DNA of 64,000 nucleotides from the human T2T-CHM13v2.0 reference genome, Homo sapiens, in NCBI RefSeq assembly GCF_009914755.1, contig NC_060933.1; one strand, written 5' to 3'. Position numbers and translations under genes: made by a program. The notes beneath the pieces were generated by a model. That model ran no database searches and was not told the origin of the DNA. It saw only the letters and a program-made list of their open reading frames with translations. Each line of letters starts with the position of its first letter. Position 1 is the first letter of the stretch. Of the stretch, positions 44,439 to 57,499 are shown in pieces.

Positions 44439-44868
44439 ACCTTACTTCCTGATATCTGTTGTTACGTCCTTGAATAAACCCTAAGCCTTGAAAATAATAT
44501 AAGGGCTTTGCTGGGTTAAAACTCTTCTAAGTGTGGGGTAACTGAAAGAAAAACAGTTTCAGAAATGCAGATTCAAGATATAATTACTGTGTACTGTCTT
44601 AGCATACCATGCTAAGGAAACAGTGAATAGGAGTACCTCTGATTACTCAAACTCTAGAGAAAAATGGGATTATTTTTAAAAAGAGGTTAGGTTTAGACTT
44701 TAAGAAAGATGCTACATTCTAGTAAACCTATGTCAAAAGGAGAGTCTTAATAATTTAATATACTGTATAGAGATAAGTGAAATACCTAAAAGTTTACTAT
44801 ATTCATATTACTGAGTTACTGCAGATGCCAGATAATCATTTAGAACAGTTTAATTAAAAGTAAATAGC

Positions 44869-45228
<360 letters not shown>

Positions 45229-45629
45229 TCATAATAAAATACACTGCTTCCGGCTTTTCTGGCTTTCTGGTAACCTGTAGGTCTCATACCTACCATACAA
45301 TAATAATTAACAGTCATCATGACAGACAGGATATGACAACAGACAAAGATAAGAAAAACACTGTAGTTTCAATCATTTAGATCACTAGTTTTTCTGTATC
45401 ATGCATTTTATTGTACTCTTATTTAAGAAAATGGGTATACTTTATTTTACATATATAGCTTCATGCAATATTACTAGAAATATGTAGTTAGCAAGAAAAC
45501 AACGGTCCTCAAAACTAAGAGGATTTGAGAATCAAAATTAAATTACACAAGTGGAATTGTTCAGAGAACTTATTTGAATTTTTTTAATTTAGAAAATCTC
45601 TGCTAGTATCTTAATTTTATTTATGATAT

Positions 45630-46920
45630 TTCATTCATTTATATATTAATCATTTATTTAATAAACTTTCATTAGTTACCTACTATGTACTGGGTTCTGG
45701 AGAGATAAAGTGAATAGAATTTGGACTTCCATGTAAGAGACAGGAAAGTAAACAGATTATTCCAGAAAAGTATGGTAAGCATTAAGGTAGAGATGTGCCT
45801 GTACAAGATGCTACAGGAACACAAAAGAGGAGCACTTAGGTTGGGTGAGAAGAGGTTTCTTATGGGAGGTGATGGTTCACATGGGTGTTACAGAACAGGA
45901 GCAATGGCTGAGGGTCACTAATTTACATAGTGCATGTGGGAAATGTTGCTGGAGTGATGAATAGATCTCAGAAAGTGAAAGAATAAATGTTAGGGAGCTA
46001 AGCCAAGGCCGATTTATAAAGGTCTTATGTTCATGCTAATGAAATGGTCCTTGTGTTGAAGGGAGCGGACATCTAAGGACAACTTTAACCCAAAGAGGTG
46101 ACATGATTAAAAATTCACCTTGGAAGCTTTTTCCAAGGTCACAGTGTGAAGAATAGATTGGGAAGTGGTGAGATTGCAAAGAACATAATCACTCAGGAGC
46201 AGATGTGGTGATTTGGACGAGAATAGATGTATATCTGCACTAGGGCAGGATCAATAGTGATAAAGAGGGGAAACAAGATATAGGTAGGTAGGTAGGTAGG
46301 TAGGTAGATTGATGAGACTGATGTTGATTAGGGAGATGGAAATGGCAGGATTTAGTGACTGAAGGGATATAGCAGAAGTGACTGAGATAGAGTCATGCTT
46401 TGGTATACTGAGTGGTTAACAGTGGTGTTATTTATTAGGGTAGGCAATGTCAAAGAGGAAAATTTGGAAAAGAATGATGAGAGTTTGAAGTGCTTGTGAG
46501 ATAATCAAATTGAGGTAACAAACAGAGAGTTGGACGTGTGTCTAGAGATCAGCAGAAAGGCCAAAACAAGAGATATACCTTGAGAATCATCAGTGTGGGT
46601 ACATTAGTGGAAGCCATGGGCGAGGATAAGCACATCTAAGATATAAAGTAAGATAACCAGAAGATCAAAGACTGAGTCCTGGAGAAAGACCCTACTATTA
46701 AAGGAGTGGGTAGCTGAAGAGGGATTTGTAAAGGTGACAGAAATAGCAAAAAGGCCACAGATCCTGGAAAGAGGGATTCTAGAAACCAAAGAAAGAGATT
46801 TTTAGTAGCAGAGAATGGTCAATAAAGAAAAAAGTATCAGAATTATCAAGAACTATAAAGATAGAAGTGTAGCCACTGGATTTGGCCACATGGAAGTCAG
46901 TGGTCATTGTGGCCAGAAAA
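45630..46920 (-). mobile_element. Long L2 remnant with a (TAGG)n repeat at 46281-46307
   Basis: tacctactatgtactgggttctggagagata...gcaggatttagtgactga...ttgagaatcatcagtgt...aagactgagtcctggaga. Confidence 0.8.
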
Positions 46921-48044
46921 TTTCAGCAGATAATCCAAAATCCAGCAGGTTCAGAAGTATTAGCTGGGACTCTTTCTATCAAGCAACAGATGCTAATGAG
47001 CGTATGCACAAAGGATGCAGGGGCACCTCCTGGCATCCAAGGGGAGCTGTACAATTAAGAAGGCAGGAGCCAAGGCAGCCTCAAGGTGAATATCCCAAAA
47101 GATAATTCATCATGTCACCAGTTGGCTGGACAACCACTTCATTTAAAGCCAGTTTGCTGAAAGCTAATTTACCAACCAATTCAATGAATTTACTTGTTTG
47201 TTTTAACAATTTGAAATGGTTCACGGAAATTTGTTTTAGATGGACAAGGTTTAACAGCTTGGGAAAACTCCTGCTGTGTTTGAATTGACCAGTTTTCTCT
47301 TTTTTCTCTACAATGGCAGTGTCACAAGAGTTGAGTTTACCCCAGATAGTCACTGTTAGAGCCGACGGGAACTCTATGGCTGGAGGAGAGGCAAACGGGG
47401 AAGTCTGTACACCCCACAGCCTGCTTGCGCTGTTGCTCCCAGAGAGTAGAGACTGAAGGAAAAAATGGTTGTGTAGAGAATGAGGGGCAGAGGCAGAGGG
47501 TAAGAGAAGAGTGTGAGGGAGAGAGGGATATGGCCTGAAAAGTATCTATATAAAGACAGGAGACAATTGTCAGTGATTTTAAGGAGAAGGAGAGTGAGAA
47601 CAATGAATTTCATTGTTCCGATTGGAACTTCGACTAAATTTTATTTTCCTGTCAACAAAAACAGAGGTGCCAGATAGTATTTGAGATTACATAACCATTA
47701 TGTTTTGGAATTTTAAAACCTTACCTTTGTAAGCACTACTGATATATTCAGAGATGGTTATTCACTAGAGAACTGCTCTGACTCTTACCTTTGGCAGGAA
47801 TTGCTTTAATGTGCTCAATTCATTCATAAGTAATCTTTTTGATTCCATTTAATCCATAAGATTTTATACTCATTGGGTCCAACAATATAAAGTTTCATGC
47901 ATGGAAAATGTGTTTTCATTTAAATAATTACTTAAAGTTTGATGTGTTTCTTCACATACTAAGTCTGATTGATCAAATAATCCTTGTGTCTTATTGTCTT
48001 TACACCTGGTCACAGTGTGCATATGTTTATGATAAGGACAATCA

Positions 48045-48290
48045 GTATAGACCAGCCCCGGAGCCAGGCTGACTGGGTCCAAATCTCAGCTTCACCTCTT
48101 ATCAGCTGTGTAAACCCGTGGGCAAGTTACTTAACTGCCTATACCTATTTTCACAAGCTGAAATTACAACAATAATATCAACCTCATAGGGTTTGTGAGA
48201 ATTAAAAGCATAAATATATATACAGCATTTAGAACAGTGCCTGGTCTATAGATAGTAAGCATCACTGAAGTGTTTGCTTATTATTACTGC
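48045..48290 (+). mobile_element. MIR SINE
   Basis: gactgggtccaaatctcagcttcacctcttatcagctgtgtaaacccgtgggcaagttacttaac...ttagaacagtgcctgg. Confidence 0.9.
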
Positions 48291-51200
48291 TGTTTTGTTA
48301 TGGGTTTTGTTGTTACAGGGTAATAAGTGGGGATGAAAAAAGCAGCGAGACATGGTTTCTGCCTCAAAGTAGCTTAACATCCATAGAAGATAGGACATTT
48401 CACACATGCACACACACACTTCTAACAGCATGTTGAGTGGGACCTTTTATATTACAACTAAGGTCCAAAATGGTATAACAACGTGCCACCAGGAGTGTTC
48501 CTCTTCTCAAGGGGTCTATCAAGAGGTGGCAGAACCAGTTTTCCACGCACCAGTCTTTCTCCCTGCCCTCTTTTCCCTCAATCTGTAGAATGAGGAACCT
48601 AAAGGGTAGCTCAGATTTCCTGAGTGTGCGCTATTTGTGTTGAAAGGTCACTCATCATTACCCTAATCATGAGAGAGAGGCATAAATTATTTCTGAAGAC
48701 AAGCATTTCAGAGGATACTCATTTACAGCCATTGGTGAGAAAGCCTGGCTGGTTGATTCCTAAGCCAGAGTTGAGCATGGTAAAACAGTTTGTAGGTGAG
48801 GTTAATGTCTATCCCCAGGAATGTGGGACAAACTATAGAACCTGGTAGTCTCCACCCATTCGAAGATAGAGTTGTCTGACAGCAGAAAGGCCTTCAGAGC
48901 AGCCTATGTCAGCAGGTCTTAGAAGGACAAAAGTTCAATACACTCTTGATGAAAATCAGTGAGGCAGTCCCTTCCAGGTTCCCATAGCATGTCAGCGGAC
49001 ACAGAAGAGGATTCCTGTGATTCCTGTGGTCCTCTATGAAGAATCAAGCAAGACAGAGGAAGGACACAGCCAAGTGAGGAGTATTCCATCATGAGAATGA
49101 ACTGAAAACATGGTCTTCTGGAAGCACTACAGGGAAACTAGCTGACCCACTCTGCAGGAGTCGGCAGCCACAGAAGTCACCAAATGGAGGATGAACAAAG
49201 CTATCACCCTCTTTCCCCAAATATAAAGCAGCTACTCAGAAAGCCATTCTCTCAGCAGAGCATGAGGTGGAACCAGAAGGAAACGAGCAGCCCAGTTATC
49301 TAGCAGGCTCTTCTTCCACGACTTCTGTCTCTCCCTAGAGCTTAGGCCTAGTCTCTCTAAGGGATTAGGCCTTGAAAAAGAAGAGGAAGTGAGGATCTAG
49401 AGACCATATTGTCCTACTGTCACCAAAGTCCAAGCAGCCAAGGCCATAGTCTACTACTGGGAGAAAAGAAGAGAACTTCAAATCTGACCTGACACTGGAG
49501 TATAATATAAGCAGGAATGACCAGAGGTTACAGTATCTTGCCAAAATGGACTAGAAGGAAATTCAACATGGAAATTTTAAAGCTGTGACTGAAGAAATAA
49601 AAATATAATGTTTTTGTCTCCATGTATTTCATGGCCATGTAGTCTTTAAACAACGTTAGAAAGGAAGAATAAAAGGACTAATGGACTGTTAATGTAGAAG
49701 CTCAAATGTGAAACTGAAATACATTATATCTTTGATTACGTAAAAGTAAATTTAGCTCTCTTATCAAACATAAGTTATTTAGAAATAAGAGTGACAAAGT
49801 ATAATAATGGGATGCATAGATTGAAATTTCATACAAATAACCTAGAATCATTCACTTGTAATTAATAAAAGGCATGATGAGAAATAATATGAAAATGTCC
49901 CAGGTACTGTCAACACCATTATAATTTCTTACTATCTTGTTTGAGAAAAATGAGGTAATGGCAGAAAGGATTCAAGAGCTCTGTTGAATGTTCCATTTTT
50001 GTACAAAAACAAACAGAAAAAGAGTTACCAAAAAAAAGTTTTAAAAATTCATTGAAACCAATATTTCGAAAATGTGAATCAAGTAAAATATGTGAGATAT
50101 TTATTATTTAAAAGACCATTTGTGCTAGTCAATGGTTGGTTTAAAACCACAGAACAACATTCAGATCATTCTGAAAAGCATGTATTCATTTTAGCCAGAA
50201 CTACCTAGATGATTTCTTCATTTATCTTATTTGCCTTATGTGATTTTCCTCAAGACCACTAGGTATGAAATGAAGACACTGTTATCTTTTATTTAAAATG
50301 TACTATTATTTTACTCTGGTATCCCAAAATTGTACACTAGAAGACATGAAGGACACAAGCGTGAACTTACCAGAATAATGCCTGCCTCATTCACACAACC
50401 AATCAAACAACAACATATCACACCCTTCTGCAAAAAAACACACTTCTTTCTCCCATGAGACATTTCATTTTCCATTATTTATTGGTACCCCTCTGCCACA
50501 TAGTAATAACATTCCTAAATTCAACAATCTTCCACTCCTTACAGAAGTTAATTTAGAACCAAATTAGCAGCTTCCAGAATTCTGAGAGCCATAGGCTCAT
50601 GGTGGAGGTTTCAATTACAACTCCCTCATGACTTCAGCCCTTGCACAAGCTGATGAGAGCTCTTTTTTAAAAAAAAGTTTTTCTTGCTAGGAGAGGTTTG
50701 CCCAGACTTTCCTAATAAACCAGTTATGGAGGGAATAATGACAGCACAATTTAAAAAAAATCCAGCAGCATTCTAGTTGCATTCTACAGAAGAAAATTTC
50801 AAAAATTACAAAGGGTAAGTGGAGGGCAGGGTGTAGAATAAAGAAAACTGTAATTTTTGTTTTATAATGCCAATAGCTGTATAATGTTATGACAAATCAA
50901 CTGCTAAAGAATTATTTTTGCTGAATCTAAAAATAAGTGCACTATGACATACCTCATTTAGAGGAAGAACTGTTATTATCTTAGAGAGAATACAAAATGG
51001 CTTGCCAAATTTTTACTTTAATAGGTAAAGCAAAACAAGTTAAAAACTATCACCCATCATCATATCATGACATCTTTAGTAGTATTATTTGCATGATAAT
51101 CTTGCCAAAATGGACTAGAAGGAAATTCTAGAAGGCTTTGAAGCCACCAGACACTTCTGTTTCAAAGTGGTATGCACAACTGGAATGACTTTCTGAATAT

Positions 51201-51461
51201 GCATCTTATCTGCTATCTTCCTTTGTAATCTAGTTTTCACTCTTTTGTACTTGTTAGTATCAAAGAATAAATTAGGACAGATCCTATACCATCTGTTCTC
51301 TCTGAATCCAGCCCCTACCTTCCACTTGGGTAGAAAGGAAGACAGTAGTAAGTACTGAACGGAGATTTAGAATTACTGAGAGTTTAAATCAGAACCTCTG
51401 TTCACCATTCTTGGCAATGTCAGCATCACTAAGCACCCTTCTTTAGCCCTGACATTTTTCT

Positions 51462-51483
51462 TTTTTTTTTTTTTTTTAAGGTG

Positions 51484-51516
<33 letters not shown>

Positions 51517-51612
51517 TATTTATTTTTGTTTTTTATTTTTTTATTTTTATTTTTATTTATTTTTTTATTATTTTTTTTTATTATTTTTTATTTTTTTTTT
51601 TATTATTACTAT
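51462..51612 (-). mobile_element. TSD-flanked retro-insertion made only of A-rich tail, (AATC)n and poly(A); no recognisable element body
   Basis: Perfect 15-bp direct repeat ccctgacatttttct at 51447-51461 and 51613-51627. Confidence 0.8.
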
Positions 51613-51959
51613 CCCTGACATTTTTCTACATGGATTACACTGTGTAACTGACAGTAGATACTTCCTAGGGGTGTTGCCATAATTTTAATAACATTATTAT
51701 TTATATTTTTAAAGGTCATAAATATAAATGCCTACCAAAAAGAAGTAACTTAAATGAGTGAGGATACCTGGGTAAAGATCCAGAGATACTTTTAAAAATT
51801 GCATTTGATATGTAAGAATATAGTTCACTGATACAAAAGAAGAAGCTAGCTTCCAGATTTTGTTGAAATAAACTGTCCTCTCCTGCTGTTTCATTTCCTC
51901 ATAATTAACAAAGCCATGGATATAAAAAAGCATTTCCAATAAAGCAAGCAATGTAAGAG

Positions 51960-52258
51960 CACAGATGAAGGGCAGGTTGTATCAGGCATTGGCATCAGGG
52001 AGATAATAGGGAGTGGTGAGAACTGTGGTCTACTAGGGAGTGGTTACCTGTATAAATAAAGTCATCATTGCTAAGTTCCAGCTGATTCTTGCCATGTTGT
52101 AAAGTGAATCATCTGTTGCTCCTTGTTTTTGTGTGTGAAATCATCCAATCTTCATATGTTGACTAAAAAATAATTTTGTTTACAGGCAGTATGTATTCCA
52201 AATAAAACACATCTCCAGGTCAAATGTGACCCTCAGGCCTCCAGTCTGCAATACATGC
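51960..52258. mobile_element. MER102-like hAT-Charlie element
   Basis: ggagataatagggagtggtgagaactgtggt...aaaacacatctccaggtcaaatgtgaccctcaggcctccagtctgcaa. Confidence 0.6.
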
Positions 52259-52620
52259 TCTTTATATTCACCAACGGTTGGAAACAGGACTCTCAACATT
52301 GATTCTACATAAGAAGAGACTGAGAAATGCAGCCTTGGAAGGCGAGAGTATGTAGGTAAATGTTATTTATATGCAAAAGACAAATTATGTGCAGAATGTG
52401 GCTATGCAAACAGATTAAGGGTAGATCAGGAAAGTCAATTGAAAACTATGTCTTGATAGAACCAAAAAAACATATTTCGAGGCAGGTGCTCTAATTAGTT
52501 GTTCTGTTTCATTTAGGCAGATTTGATTCTTTACTGATGTTATTAAATCTATGGATATTTTTCTTATTAGGAAGAGAGGCACGGAGGAAAAATATATACT
52601 GATATAAAAATCCAAATTCG

Positions 52621-52970
52621 GGTCCAGGCACGGTGTCTCACGCCTGTAATCCCAGCACTTTGGGAGGCTGAGGTGGGCGGATCACCTGAGGTAAGGAGTT
52701 CGAGACCAGCCTGGCCAACATGGCGAAACCCCTTCTCGGTTTAGTATAAAAATATAAATTTTTAGAAATATTTTTTATATTTTTATATTTTTTATAAAAA
52801 TTAGCCGGGCATGGTGGTGTGTACCCCATAGTTCCAGCTACTAGGGAAGCTGAGGCAGGAGAATCCCTGGAACCCAGAAGGAAGAGGTTCAGTGAGCCGA
52901 GATCATGCCACTGCACTCCAGCCTGGGTGACAGAGTGAGACTCTGTCTCAAAAAAAAAAAAAAAAAAAAA
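52621..52970 (+). mobile_element. Alu (AluSx-like) with rearranged AT-rich linker
   Basis: Dimer; TSD aaaaatccaaa; linker 52738-52800 expanded. Confidence 0.95.
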
Positions 52971-53435
52971 ATCCAAAGTCAGACTTTACTGCTTAATTTC
53001 TAATTTCCAGTGGCAACTAGGAAAGAAGATGGTGAGAGCTGCACAATGGAAAATAAGAGGAAAGAAGCATAGGAGAAGAAATTGGAGGTAGAGAAGTTTG
53101 AAAAGATTCTCTAGTACTGTTTCTGTAAAATTAATGACTCAGGGGGAGAAAGTAACAAGGGCCAATGAACTAAGTTACAGCAGAATAGAGAACACGAAGA
53201 TGAAGGGAAGGGAAGGGACAGGGAATGAGGTGAATAAGATGCTTATGAAACAGAAACCCCAGTATTTAGATCAGGAGTCAGTATTAGGAAGAACGTCTGG
53301 ACTGCTAATCCTGTGAGTCAGGATAAGTAGCAGCACTGTGGATTAAGCTTAGGTCTTTAGAGCTTTCATCAAGGTATGAATTTTACCAAGAGTTTCCATT
53401 AAGCTTCATTTCTTTTAAAATTAGTAAAACAAACC

Positions 53436-54499
53436 TGTTGTGGGAAGTCTGGGACCCCAAACGGAGGGACTGGCTGAAGCCATGGCAGAAGAAGATTGTG
53501 AAGATTTCATGGACATTTATTAGTTCCCCAAATTCTTTTGTAATTTCTTATGCCTGTCTTTACTGCAATCTCTAAACATAAATTGTAAAGATTTCATGGA
53601 CACTTATCACTTCTCCAATCAATACCCTTGTGATTTCCTATGCCTGTCTTTACTTTAATCTCTTAATCCTGTCAGCTTAGGAGGATGTATACTGCCTCAG
53701 GATCCTGTAATAATTGCATTAACTGCACAAATTGTACAGCATGTGTGTTTGAGCAATATGAAATGTGGGCACCTTGAAAAAAGAACAGGATAACAGCAAT
53801 TGTTCAGGGAATAAGAGAGATAACCTTAAACTCTGACCACTGGTGAGCCGGGCAGAACAGAGCCATATTTCTCTTCTTTCAAAAGCAAATGGGAGAAACA
53901 TCGCTGAATTATTTTTCTCAACATGGAACATCCCTGAGAAAGAGAATATGCGCCTGGAGGTATAGGCTTATAAACAGCCCCCCCCAGGTGCTCCTGTCTC
54001 TTATGGTCGAGACTGCAGAGGTGAAATAGACTCCAGTCTCCCATAGCGCTCCCAGGCTTATTAGGAAGAGGAAATTCCTGCCTAATAAATTTTGGTCAGA
54101 CTGGTTGATCTCAAAACCCTGTCTCCTGACAAGATGTTATAAATGACAATGGTGCCTGAAACTTCATTAGCAATTTTAATTTTGCCCCAGTCCTGTGGTC
54201 CTGTGATCTCACCCTGCCTCCACTTGCCTTGTGATATTCTATTACCCTGTAAAGTACTTGATGTCTGTCACCCACACCTATTCGCACACTCCCTCCCCTT
54301 TTGAAAATCCCTAATAAAAACTTGCTGGTTTTTGTGGCTTGTGGGGCATCACGGAACCTACCGACATGTGATGTCTCCCCCGAACACCCGGCTTTAAAAT
54401 TTCTCTCTTTTGTACTCTGTCCCTTTATTTCTCAAGCTGGCCGACACTTAGGGAAAATAGAAAAGAACCTACGTGAATATCGGGGCAGGTTCCCCGATA
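53436..54499 (+). mobile_element. MER11 solo LTR (HERV-K11/HML-8)
   Basis: TGTTGTGGGAAGTCTGGGACCCC...GGTTCCCCGATA; internal repeat aagatttcatggaca; AATAAA at 54313; 6-bp TSD caaacc/caaact. Confidence 0.93.
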
Positions 54500-54659
54500 C
54501 AAACTTTTACTATGTACTGAGTGTGGGTCAGAAATTAAGTCACAATTCCTGTCTCTAAAATACCTACAATGTGTTAAGGGATAGAAATATAAATAGAAAC
54601 AATACGGTAATGAGGAAAAGCACAGGGTGTGTTGGAGCTCAAAGAAGGCAACGTGTACC

Positions 54660-54770
54660 CAAGGCTGCTATACACCATTACTCAGGCTGTGAACTGCATA
54701 AAACCAGGAGGTGTCGTTCATATGAGTTGGAAGTAAACGGCTCCTGCATCTGTGTTACGCGGCAGCTTCA
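54660..54770. mobile_element. MER91-like hAT-Tip100 MITE
   Basis: caaggctgctatacacc...aggctgtgaactgcataa. Confidence 0.45.
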
Positions 54771-54800
54771 CACATCTAAGACCAGATTGGCACCACATAA

Positions 54801-55147
<347 letters not shown>

Positions 55148-55356
55148 GCATAGAAGGCAGGTGTTTTGGAGGAAGTGGCTCCTGAACTGAGTCTTGAAAC
55201 TGTAGAATTTAGCCAGATAGAGGTTGGTTGGGAGAGGGAAGATCTCATTCCTGATAGAGGAACTTGTTAAAACAAACAAAACAAACAGAATAAATGTCTT
55301 TAATAGTTTTATCATTGTCATGTTCAAGGACATTTGCAGCCAAATAGCAAGTCATA

Positions 55357-55610
55357 ATTTTTTTGTTTTTGAGACAGGGTCTTGCTCTTTCACCCAAGCT
55401 GGAGTGCAGTGCTGTGATCTCAGCACACTCCAGCCTCAACCTCTCTGGGCTCAAGCAATCCTCCCACTTTAGCCTCTCGAGTAACTGGCACCACAAGCGA
55501 GTACCACCATGCCTGGCTAACTTTTTATTTTTTGTAGAAACAGAGTCTCACTCTGTTGCCTAGGCTTGTTTTGAACTCCTGGACTGAAGTGATCCCCCTG
55601 CCTTGACCTC
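55357..55610 (-). mobile_element. AluJ, 5'-truncated
   Basis: gagacagggtcttgctc...; ends at ccttgacctc. Confidence 0.9.
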
Positions 55611-57206
55611 ATAATTTTTAACTGTGAGGTCTCAGAGGGAAACAATAAAAGCTCTCTCACTGGCACTCAGATTTACTGAACATGCTATGCGTTAGAAAAA
55701 TCTCCAAACAGAATATCTAAACAGGTTCTTCCCATGGAACTGAAATGAAGTGAATCAGAGTGGAGTGGAGGAAACACAAGAATTAAAGATGGTGTAACGT
55801 ATAGCAAGGACATCACACATTGAAAACTGTTCGCTTATGCCCATTTACTTTAGAGGTATCTAAAATGCAGAGGCATCTTGTAACTGGTGAAGTAAGTGGG
55901 CATAAACACACAGAAAACCATAATAAACTAGAAAAGCCACATAGATCTGGAAAGGAAAGAAACACTAGAAGGGTTTTTTCCCACAACTCATAAAGTCTTC
56001 CTCCTCTGAACACCTTTTCACTGAACAACTCAATTGTCAATGATGCCTTATGTACCTAATTTTTTGTTTTCTTTACAACTAGACTATATGTGCCTTGTCA
56101 CATAACTGCATTTTCCACAATGCCTTGACTATCCCATGCCATGAATGTATGTTAATGATAAGCATAAACAGAAAATAGGAAACTATATCACCAATTGCTT
56201 TACATTATATAATTATATATATTAACAATATATGATTGTAACACCACTACCTGCAACTGCTACCATGTATGCAGTATTTATGACTGCTATCAGTATGAAT
56301 TAGTTACATATCACAGAATCTATTAATACACTGGAAAGGATTTGTGAGTAAAGTAGAGAGGAACAAAGAAAGCAAGTGGTAAATTGTAAACATATGTGGA
56401 AAGGCAGTATATTTACCATATATGTCTTATATTTGGTGGCGATGAAAGAAACAAGTTACGCTTTGCCACTATGTTTTGTTCCTTAAAATATAGGTGCAAG
56501 TGCTGCCACTACATTTGGTAGAACCAAGATCTATGGCTGTGTATTGAGGGAGGTGCATGAATTCCTCATGGAAAATTTCACAAGGGGTCATGGGGAGAGG
56601 TAGATTGCTAACTGCCAGAAAAGCAGCTTTGGAGAGAGGCACATTAGAAACGCCCACATTTCTTTTCTACATTCATCTAAGGTAAGGATGATATTGAAAT
56701 GGCTGCAGGACACCTTGAATCAACTTTTAATTTGTTTTTAGATTTATTACCTAGGAACACCAATTTATTTCTTGAAACAACTGTTCTTACTTGTGAGCTT
56801 TTACTTGTTAAAGGACAATGAATTTGGCAAATAATCGACAATCTGGGCATTGCTTTGCATTATAAATTGCTAAAAATAAAGTCATTCCACATTCACTGCA
56901 CTCAAAGATAAACCACTCATCTGCAATACAGTGTACTTTCTAAGAAGAAAAATACTCCAGAATCTGCAGTGATAGCCGACTCTGCATATGATTATCTTAG
57001 CACCAAGCCAAAGGCATATGTCTGTACGAGTATTTATATATTTCCTTCAAAAATTAAAATAAAGTTAGAAATAAAAAATCATTAGGGGGAGGCATGTCGA
57101 ATGGGAAAGGTTTCAGACAAAGATAACTCATTAGATGAGCTAAAATGGAAGACATCGCAGGAAAATTAAGTTGAAATGCCCAGCAGGCCTTTGAAAATGG
57201 AGTTAT

Positions 57207-57499
57207 GGCGGGGTACAGTGGTTCAGGCCTGTAATCCAAGCAATTTGGGAGGCCAACGCCAGTGGATCACCTGAGATCAGGAGTTCAAGACCAGCCTGGC
57301 CAACATGGCAAAACCCAGTCTCTACTAAAAATACAAAAATTAGCCAGGTGTAGTGGTAGGTGCCTGTAATCCCAGCTACTTGGGAGGCTGAAGCAGGAGA
57401 ATCAGTTGAATCTGGAGGTGGAGGTTGCAGTGAGCTAAGATCATGTCACTGTACTCTAGCCTGGGCAACAGAGTTGAGACTCCATCTCCAAAAAAAAAA
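57207..57499 (+). mobile_element. Alu (AluSx/Sz-like)
   Basis: TSD gaaaatggagtta (57193-57205) / gaaaatgaagtta (57500-57512). Confidence 0.95.

Noticed and set aside
47110-49640. Possible ancient Tigger-like (about 47110-47350) and ERVL LTR-like (about 48640-49640) segments
   Set aside because: They look repeat-derived, but I cannot assign a family or boundaries with confidence.
53497-53660. Imperfect tandem repeat of about 85 bp
   Set aside because: Intrinsic feature of the MER11 LTR.
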